Shown here: one piece after another, positions 57,952 through 64,000 of the stretch
Numbering within the stretch: the stretch's first letter is position 1
Layout: each line of letters starts with the position of its first letter
The notes under the pieces: model-generated
Databases searched by the model: none
The model's input: the letters and a program-made list of their open reading frames with translations, nothing else
Told to the model about the DNA's origin: nothing
Made by a program: the position numbers and the translations under genes
DNA from: Capsulimonadaceae bacterium
GTDB lineage: Bacteria; Armatimonadota; Armatimonadia; Armatimonadales; Capsulimonadaceae
Assembly (NCBI GenBank): GCA_965215505.1
Contig: OZ244065.1
Location: 1,920,001 to 1,984,000, forward strand
Reading direction: 5' to 3'
Length of the DNA: 64,000 bases

Positions 57952-58662
57952 CTAGTTCCGGCGCGAGGAGCCGCCGCCGGAGAGCGACAGCAGGATCTGC
58001 ACCAGGAACCAGAACAGGTTGATAAAGTCCAGGTACAGCGCGACCGTCGCGAGGACGTAGTCGTCCGGGCCGTAGCGGAACTTGATGTTCGAAAAGTCGT
58101 ACAGCGTGAAGCCGACGAAGATGGCCGCGCCGACGAACGCATACAGCAGGTTGACTCCGGGGCTGAAGGCGACGAAGAAGCGGACCAGTCCGACGACCAG
58201 CAGGCCGATCAGGGCGAAGACCAGGAACTTGCCGATGCCGCCGAAGTCCTTGCCGGAGATCCAGACGTAGGACCCCAGACCGGCCACAATCACGGCGGAC
58301 AGCAGGGCGGCCTCGCCGATTACGGCGGCACCGAACGGGTACCCGCGGGCGATGGACATCAGCAGCGGCCCCATCAGCAGGCCTTCCAGGACGCTGAGGC
58401 CATACAGCAGGCCGAGGCTGAGGCCGGGCTTGGTCCGGGTGAACGACAGGGCGATGACGCAGCCGATGGTGCCGATGGACAGCGGCAGGAACAGGGCTGG
58501 CGACAGGCCCGCGTTCCCCGCCCACCAGGCGGTCGCCGCCGTCACCAGCAGGGTCGTGCAGAGGAGGTACGAGACGCGCTGGATCAGCGAGTTCTGCCCC
58601 GCGACGGACTGCGCGCCTCCCGCGTAAGGGTTGTTATAGGGGCTGGACGAAAAGTTGTTCAT
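57952..58662 (-). CDS. Bax inhibitor-1/YccA family membrane protein
   Basis: 7 TMs; LYDFS, ALYLDFINLF. Confidence 0.9.
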   Translation of the reverse strand: MNNFSSSPYNNPYAGGAQSVAGQNSLIQRVSYLLCTTLLVTAATAWWAGNAGLSPALFLPLSIGTIGCVIALSFTRTKPGLSLGLLYGLSVLEGLLMGPLLMSIARGYPFGAAVIGEAALLSAVIVAGLGSYVWISGKDFGGIGKFLVFALIGLLVVGLVRFFVAFSPGVNLLYAFVGAAIFVGFTLYDFSNIKFRYGPDDYVLATVALYLDFINLFWFLVQILLSLSGGGSSRRN

Positions 58663-58840
58663 TTTGTTGGATTCTCCAAAGGTGAGACGCACCACGACCG
58701 GACGCCATCACCTAACTCTATAACGTGTGCGGACACACGTTCGTTCCAAATCAAAATTTCCCGGCACCGGACCTATCCAAACGGCTTGCTCAGGTCTCTA
58801 TCAATCGGGAGCAACAAACGAGGTGCGAGAAGAGACGCGG

Positions 58841-59389
58841 ATGGGTTCGGCGGAGGACGGACAGTTGGTATGCTGGGCGCGGGGCGGATGCCGGGAGGCG
58901 TTCGACGAACTCGTGCGCCGCTACCGCCCCGGCGTATTCCTGATCGCCCGGCAGGCCGTGGGCGATGCATCACGGGCCGAGGACGTGGCGCAGGAGGCGC
59001 TGGTGACGGCATTCCATGCGCTGCCGACTCTGGCCGACCCGGCGCGCTTCGGGGCCTGGCTTGGGGCTATCACGCGCCACCGGGCGCGGCGGGTGGCGCG
59101 TCAGGAGAGCCGATTCCTTCCGCTGGAGCCGGCCCACCTGGACAGCCTACAGGCCCCCAAGCCTGCGGCCTCGGACGCGCTGACCGACGCCTTTGAGGCA
59201 CTCGGCGACGATTACCGGACCGTGCTGCGCCTGCGCTACTGGGAGGAATGGTCGGTCGGACAGATCGCCTCGTTCCTGTCGCTCCCCATCACCACCATCA
59301 AGTGGCGGCTGCATTACGGCCGCGAGGTCCTGCGCCGTCATTTGAGCCGACCGAGAGAGGAAGAAGACCATGGGGAACTCCCCGTTTGA
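58841..59389 (+). CDS. ECF RNA polymerase sigma factor
   Basis: D.QLV...G..EAFDELVRRY, AEDVAQEA, F.AWL..I, IA..L.LP..TIK.RL..GR. Confidence 0.9.
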   Translation: MGSAEDGQLVCWARGGCREAFDELVRRYRPGVFLIARQAVGDASRAEDVAQEALVTAFHALPTLADPARFGAWLGAITRHRARRVARQESRFLPLEPAHLDSLQAPKPAASDALTDAFEALGDDYRTVLRLRYWEEWSVGQIASFLSLPITTIKWRLHYGREVLRRHLSRPREEEDHGELPV

Positions 59390-59771
59390 CCAAGTCAATA
59401 TGAAGCAGGCCAAGCGCCTGCTGCGCGCCATGAGCGATCTGGCCCGCGAGTCCAGCCTGACCGGCAGCCTGGAAGACGGCTCGAAAGCGGCCGTCCGCCA
59501 GTATAACGGCCTGCTGGGCCACCTCAGCGAGAACGGGGCCGTCCCTAGGGGCTTGTTCACGCAGCTCGACGAGGACGAGGACAGCTTTGATGAGCTGGGC
59601 GTCGCCTGCATCCTGCTGAACGCCTACCTGGACGAAGACGACGCGCCGGCCCCCGTGCCGCCACCGCCGCCGAACATGGTCGTCCACACCACGGCCCAGG
59701 CGGACTCGGCGGAGCTGCGCGAACTGCGGGAGCTGCGCGACCTGCTGCGCGAGCGGGTGCCGATCCAGTGA
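59370..59771 (+). CDS. Hypothetical soluble protein (possible ECF partner)
   Basis: Overlaps the sigma gene end; GAGG RBS; host-like codon use. Confidence 0.65.
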   Translation: MGNSPFDQVNMKQAKRLLRAMSDLARESSLTGSLEDGSKAAVRQYNGLLGHLSENGAVPRGLFTQLDEDEDSFDELGVACILLNAYLDEDDAPAPVPPPPPNMVVHTTAQADSAELRELRELRDLLRERVPIQ

Positions 59772-59787
59772 CGACTGGCGCGAGTTA

Positions 59788-59935
59788 GGACGAGTGAATG
59801 AATTCACTCGCTCCGGTCGGATTTGTCCAAGGGACAAGCCGCAAGGGGAAGGACGAGCCGGGAGGGCAGAAAGCGAGGCGCTCTTCTGTCCCCTGGACAG
59901 GTCTGAAATCAGCGAGTGAATTCATTCACTCGTCC
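59788..59935. repeat. 148-bp element with perfect 25-bp terminal inverted repeats (MITE/REPIN-like)
   Basis: GGACGAGTGAATGAATTCACTCGCT ... AGCGAGTGAATTCATTCACTCGTCC; inner TGTCCAAGGGACA / TGTCCCCTGGACA. Confidence 0.8.
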
Positions 59936-59997
59936 GAATCGTGCGGCTCGTTCCGGTTCATTTGAGGCAGCCGCTGTGTGCCATCAGTCAGTGACGC

Positions 59998-60027
59998 GAG
60001 GGCGGCCCGAGAGGGCCGCCCTTTTTC
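59998..60027 (+). terminator. Intrinsic terminator
   Basis: AGGGCGGCCC-GAGA-GGGCCGCCCT followed by TTTT. Confidence 0.75.
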
Positions 60028-60056
60028 TTGCCCCCAGCTCCCCGACGTGCTATAAT
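60028..60056 (+). promoter_or_regulatory. sigma70 promoter
   Basis: TTGCCC-17-TATAAT with TGn extended -10. Confidence 0.65.
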
Positions 60057-60072
60057 GGGGCAGGAGAAACTT

Positions 60073-60507
60073 ATGCCCGAACGTACAAACTGGCTGCTGG
60101 TGTCATCGGCGGACAACTTCGAGACTTCACGGGCGCGCGGCTTCGACATCGCGGGCATGAAGAGTCGGCACCGCCGGAAGGCGGAGCGGGTGGCGGCGGG
60201 CGACCGGGTGCTGTATTACTGCACCGTGGTCAAGTCCATCGGCGGCGTGGCCGAGGTGACGGGGCCATATTTCGAGGACCATGCCCCGGTCTGGGAGAGC
60301 AACCGGCCCGGCGAAGTGTACCCTTACCGGTTCCCGGTCCGCATCGTCAAGGCGCGGCCCGCCGGTGATTATCTGCCGCTGGACGGGCTGGTCCACTCCT
60401 TAGAGTACCCCAAGCGGTGGCCCGCCGCGAACTGGACACTGGCGTTCCAGGGCAACGTCCATGTCCTGAGCGACGCCGACTATGACAAGATCGTGGGGCA
60501 GCTCTAG
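60073..60507 (+). CDS. EVE domain-containing protein
   Basis: WLLVSS.DN, GDRVLYY, GVAEV...F.D..PVW, YPYRF. Confidence 0.8.
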   Translation: MPERTNWLLVSSADNFETSRARGFDIAGMKSRHRRKAERVAAGDRVLYYCTVVKSIGGVAEVTGPYFEDHAPVWESNRPGEVYPYRFPVRIVKARPAGDYLPLDGLVHSLEYPKRWPAANWTLAFQGNVHVLSDADYDKIVGQL

Positions 60508-60509
60508 CC

Positions 60510-60848
60510 ATGTCTCAGGCCCCGCGCGTCCGCGTCCATTTCCTGATCTGCACCAACAAGCGCGCCGACGGCCACCCGCTGCCCTCCTGCGGGGCGCGCG
60601 GCAGTGCCGGGGTGTTCGAGGCGTTCACACAGGGGTTGGCGTGGCGCGGCTTCCCTGTGGGTGTCAAGGCGACGGCGGCGGGCTGCCTGACCCCATGCCA
60701 GGAGGGGCCGAACGTCGTGGTCTACCCGGAAGGCGTCTGGTATGCCGGGGTGACGCCCGCCGACGTCCCCGCGCTGCTGGCGGCGCATCTGGACGGCGTT
60801 GGAAATGTTGACCGGCTCCTGCTGCCTGCGGAGGTGCGCGTGTCATGA
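60510..60848 (+). CDS. Thioredoxin-like (2Fe-2S) ferredoxin
   Basis: ICTN.R...SC, GCL.PC..GPNVVVYPEGVWY. Confidence 0.9.
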   Translation: MSQAPRVRVHFLICTNKRADGHPLPSCGARGSAGVFEAFTQGLAWRGFPVGVKATAAGCLTPCQEGPNVVVYPEGVWYAGVTPADVPALLAAHLDGVGNVDRLLLPAEVRVS

Positions 60849-62179
60849 CGGTCACGACGGAGACGCCGACGCGCGGGCTGCTGGGGATGAACGGCTACCA
60901 GTGGACGGTCCTCCTGGCCGCCTGGCTCGGCTGGGGCTTCGACGTTTTCGACGGCCTGCTGTTCAACTACGTCGCCCCGAACTGCGTCCCCACCCTGCTG
61001 CACATCCCCCTCGGCACGTTGGCCGCGAAGCAGGCCTATCAGCTCTGGACGGGCCTGCTGGCCGCCCTGCTGCTGCTGACCTGGGCGGCGGGCGGCATCA
61101 TTTTTGGGCGGGTCGCCGACCGCATCGGCCGGACGAAGACCCTCCTGCTGACGATGCTGCTGTATGCCTCGGGGACGGCTTGTTGTGCTTTAGCGCCGAA
61201 CATGGCCGCGCTGATCGCCTTCCGCATCATCGCGGGCCTGGGCATCGGGGGCGAGTGGGCGGCGGGTGCGTCCATGGTCGCCGAAGTCGTCCCCGAGAAG
61301 CGGCGCGTCGAGGCGGGCGCTTTGCTCTACACCTCGGCCCCGTTCGGCCTGTTCCTGGCGACCTTCGCGAACCACCAGATCGCCGGGGTCTGGTTCAAAA
61401 ATGCGCCCGAAGTCTCCTGGCGCTACGTCTTCGCCTGCGGCCTGTTCGCGGCCCTGGTCGCGTTCGTGGTGCGCGCCTTCGTCCGCGAGCCGGAGCGCTG
61501 GCGTCGGGCTGCCGCTGCCTCCGCCCCGCCCCGGCTCCGCGAGCTGTTCACGGCGGACAACCGCGCCCTGACCCTCAGCGGGCTGCTTCCCGCCCTGGTC
61601 ACACTGCTGACGTGGTGGAGTTGCAGCACCTTCATCCCCGGTTTCGCCACGGGGCTGGCCCAAGCCGCCGCGACGGGGGAACACCTGGCGAAAGCGGCGA
61701 CTCAGGCCCGCATCGAGGACTGGAAGGCGCTCGCCACCTATAGCTTCAACTGGGGCGGGCTGCTGGGAACCCTGCTGACCATCCCCGCCGCCAAGTTTCT
61801 GGGCCGCCGGACGATGTTCGGCGTCTACTTCGTCCTGTCCGCCGCCGCCCTGTTCGCGACCTTCGGCCTAGACCTGCCCCCGCAGACCCGCCTCTCCCTC
61901 TACTTCTTCATCGGGCTGACCGTCTTCGGCGTCCTGGGCAGCTTCACCTTCTACCTGCCGGAACTGTTCCCCACCCGCCTGCGCGCGACCGGCGCGGGCT
62001 TCTGCTACAATTTCGGCCGCATCGTCACCGCCGCCGGGCCGTTCATCGTCGGCACGGTCGCCGCGCACGGGACATACAGCATCCAGCACACCTTGTTCTG
62101 GATCGGCGTCGTGCCGCTTGTGGGGCTGCTGTTCCTGCCGCTCATCATCGAGACGAAGGGGCGGACGCTGAGGGATTAG
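60845..62179 (+). CDS. MFS transporter
   Basis: FGRVADRIGR, GLGIGGEW, ELFPTRLRATG, ETKG. Confidence 0.92.
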   Translation: MTVTTETPTRGLLGMNGYQWTVLLAAWLGWGFDVFDGLLFNYVAPNCVPTLLHIPLGTLAAKQAYQLWTGLLAALLLLTWAAGGIIFGRVADRIGRTKTLLLTMLLYASGTACCALAPNMAALIAFRIIAGLGIGGEWAAGASMVAEVVPEKRRVEAGALLYTSAPFGLFLATFANHQIAGVWFKNAPEVSWRYVFACGLFAALVAFVVRAFVREPERWRRAAAASAPPRLRELFTADNRALTLSGLLPALVTLLTWWSCSTFIPGFATGLAQAAATGEHLAKAATQARIEDWKALATYSFNWGGLLGTLLTIPAAKFLGRRTMFGVYFVLSAAALFATFGLDLPPQTRLSLYFFIGLTVFGVLGSFTFYLPELFPTRLRATGAGFCYNFGRIVTAAGPFIVGTVAAHGTYSIQHTLFWIGVVPLVGLLFLPLIIETKGRTLRD

Positions 62180-62187
62180 GAGACACC

Positions 62188-62562
62188 ATGACGACACCGA
62201 CAAAAGCCGAAGTCAAAGAGTTTGTGGAGGCCGCGCACGGCGACCTGCCCAAGCTCCAGCGGATGCTGGCGGAGAAGCCGGACCTGCTCTTGATGCCGAA
62301 CGGAAACGAGACCGCGCTGGGCGCGGCCTGCCAGATGCGCCGCCCGGACGTCATCGAGTTCCTGCTGGGACAGGGGGAGACGCTAGACATCGCGGCAGCC
62401 TGCGTGCTGGGGCTTACCGATCGGGTAACGGCCTTTCTGGATGCCGACCCGGCCCTGCTCAACAAGGGCAACAAGAAGGCGCACAACAAGCACCCTTTGT
62501 ATTTTGCCGAGGGCCAGCCGGAAGTGACGGAGTTGCTGAAAGCGCGTGGGGCCAAGGGGTGA
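62188..62562 (+). CDS. Ankyrin-repeat protein
   Basis: AAHGD, ETALGAA, HPLYFA...V.ELL..RGA. Confidence 0.7.
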   Translation: MTTPTKAEVKEFVEAAHGDLPKLQRMLAEKPDLLLMPNGNETALGAACQMRRPDVIEFLLGQGETLDIAAACVLGLTDRVTAFLDADPALLNKGNKKAHNKHPLYFAEGQPEVTELLKARGAKG

Positions 62563-62575
62563 AAGGACAGGAAGA

Positions 62576-63484
62576 ATGATCGTGATCGCAAGTGCGAACG
62601 GCAGCGTCGGCATGGAAGCGGCAATGGCCGCGCTCAGAGCGGGCGGGTCGGCCCTAGACGCCGTGGAGGCCGGGACGAAGATGGTGGAACTCAACCTGGA
62701 GGACCATTCCGTGGGGGTGGGCGGCTACCCGAACCTGCTGGGGGAGGTGGAACTGGACGCCTCCGTCATGGAAGGGACGACGCGCCGGGCGGGGGCCGTG
62801 GCCGCGCTGCGCGAGTACCCCCACCCGGTTTCGGTGGCGCGGGCCGTCCTGGAACACCTGCCGCAGCATCTTCTCTTGGCGGGCGAAGGCGCGGGCCGCT
62901 TCGCCGCCGAGCGTGGATTCGGAAAGATGCCGCTACTGACGCTGGAGGCGGAGGAGGCCTGGCGGCGGACCATCGCGGGCGGCATCATCGAGGACGCCGC
63001 CAATCTGTCGTTCCGGGTCAAGCTGGCGCAGGACCCGGAGCGGACGGTCGGGACGGTCAACTTCGTTGCACAGGACGCGCAAGGCCGCGTCGCCTCCGCC
63101 GTCAGCACGTCCGGCTGGGCCTTCAAGTATCCGGGCCGCGTCGGGGACAGTCCCATCATCGGCGCGGGCAATTATTGCGACGACCGTTACGGGGCCTGCG
63201 CGTGTACGGGCCTGGGCGAGTGGGCGATGCGCGCCGGCACCGCCCGCGTCGTGGTTTCCGGTTTGCAGCACGGGCTGTCGCTGTCCGAGGCTTGCGAGGG
63301 GGCCATCAGGGACCTGGCCGATATCCCCCTACCCCCGGACATCGAGCCGGTGATGAACCTGATCGCGCTGGACAAAGACGGACGCCACACAGCCTACACG
63401 ACGGCAGAGGGCCGGGCCTATGTCTGGCAGACGGCAGACATGGCGGCCTATGAGACGACGCCGCGGGTGCGGGTGAGGCTATAG
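62576..63484 (+). CDS. Type 2 asparaginase / isoaspartyl peptidase / glycosylasparaginase (Ntn hydrolase)
   Basis: SALDAVE, SVG.GG.PN, ELDASVM, GTV (nucleophile Thr), STSG..KYPGRVGDSP, TG.GE. Confidence 0.9.
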   Translation: MIVIASANGSVGMEAAMAALRAGGSALDAVEAGTKMVELNLEDHSVGVGGYPNLLGEVELDASVMEGTTRRAGAVAALREYPHPVSVARAVLEHLPQHLLLAGEGAGRFAAERGFGKMPLLTLEAEEAWRRTIAGGIIEDAANLSFRVKLAQDPERTVGTVNFVAQDAQGRVASAVSTSGWAFKYPGRVGDSPIIGAGNYCDDRYGACACTGLGEWAMRAGTARVVVSGLQHGLSLSEACEGAIRDLADIPLPPDIEPVMNLIALDKDGRHTAYTTAEGRAYVWQTADMAAYETTPRVRVRL

Positions 63485-63492
63485 GAAGAAGA

Positions 63493-63524
63493 CCCCACCC
63501 CCGGCGCGGGCGCCGGGGGTGGGG
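63493..63524. repeat. Palindrome built from arms of the 50867 element
   Basis: CCCCACCCCCGGCGC-GG-GCGCCGGGGGTGGGG. Confidence 0.8.
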
Positions 63525-63538
63525 GCCGCCCCGCGACA

Positions 63539-63572
63539 GAAAGCCCGCCCCTCATGCGAGGAGCGGGCTTTC
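63539..63572. terminator. Probable bidirectional terminator
   Basis: GAAAGCCCGC.CCTC-ATGC-GAGG.GCGGGCTTTC between convergent genes. Confidence 0.6.
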
Positions 63573-63598
63573 ATTCGATACCTACAGCGGTTCGCGGA

Positions 63599-63892
63599 CT
63601 AATCCAGCGCGTCCAGGCCCGTCGGGGCGACGGGGGGCGGCGTGGGGTAGACGCTGATGCGGCGGGTCTCGCGGCTCTTGCCTTCGAACTTGACGTAGCC
63701 CTCGATCAGCGAATACAGGGTGTGGTCGCGGCCCATGCCGACGTTGACGCCCGGATCGAACTGCGTGCCGCGCTGGCGGATGAGGATGTTGCCGGCCTTG
63801 ACCTTCTCGCCGGCGAACTCTTTGACGCCCAGCATCTTGGGGTTGCTATCGCGGCCGTTGCGGGTCGAGCCGACCCCTTTTTTGTGTGCCAT
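63599..63892 (-). CDS. rpmA: 50S ribosomal protein L27
   Basis: [34 protein letters not shown]. Confidence 0.98.
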   Translation of the reverse strand: MAHKKGVGSTRNGRDSNPKMLGVKEFAGEKVKAGNILIRQRGTQFDPGVNVGMGRDHTLYSLIEGYVKFEGKSRETRRISVYPTPPPVAPTGLDALD

Positions 63893-63913
63893 TTCGTTTA
63901 CTCCTGAAGGGGA

Positions 63914-64000
63914 CTAGCCCGCCGAGATGGACTCGACGCGGACGCGGGTGAGCTGCTGGCGGTGGCCCCAGTGCTTGTGGATGTTCTTCTTGGGCTTGAA
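63914..64000 (-). CDS. rplU: 50S ribosomal protein L21, C-terminal part (partial)
   Basis: Hand translation [28 protein letters not shown]; directly upstream of rpmA. Confidence 0.92.
   Translation of the reverse strand, partial: FKPKKNIHKHWGHRQQLTRVRVESISAG

Noticed and set aside
63599-64000. Prp-cleaved L27 extension system
   Set aside because: L27 starts directly at MAHKKG and rplU-rpmA are adjacent with no prp gene; ordinary arrangement.

Overview
High-GC bacterial chromosomal window. The gene content and the VPEAST-type PEP-CTERM tails suggest Armatimonadota, but this is an inference. The core genes are efp, accB, accC, nusB, dcd, folD, ispA, trpG/D/C, nusA-ylxR-infB-DUF503-rbfA-nrnA, ald, pyrF, rpmA and a partial rplU. 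They are densely interleaved with accessory genes. At the left edge is a defence locus: a single-chain PD-(D/E)xK + N6-methylase + type-ISP-C restriction-modification enzyme followed by a PtuA/AAA_21-like ATPase that runs off the window. Other accessory genes include a PIN toxin-antitoxin pair, an orphan toxin/immunity-like pair, several lower-GC immunity-like singletons and a triple CxxCH/CCCH-repeat protein. Two PEP-CTERM genes share a near-identical sigma54 promoter, and a soluble multi-GAF kinase is paired with a sigma54 activator that has no DNA-binding domain. About 20 short palindromic REP-like elements from several families are scattered through the window. The best candidate for an undescribed system is at 30132-33594. 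There, a secreted subtilase with a C-terminal tail of tandem AIIWG repeats is translationally coupled to a multi-TM sensor fused to a PP2C/SpoIIE phosphatase. The repeat tail and sensor domain form a compositionally distinct block, as expected for a self-processing peptide-signalling system with a swappable ligand/receptor pair. No rRNA, tRNA, CRISPR array or transposase was recognised. All calls are by-eye motif recognition and no database searches were run.
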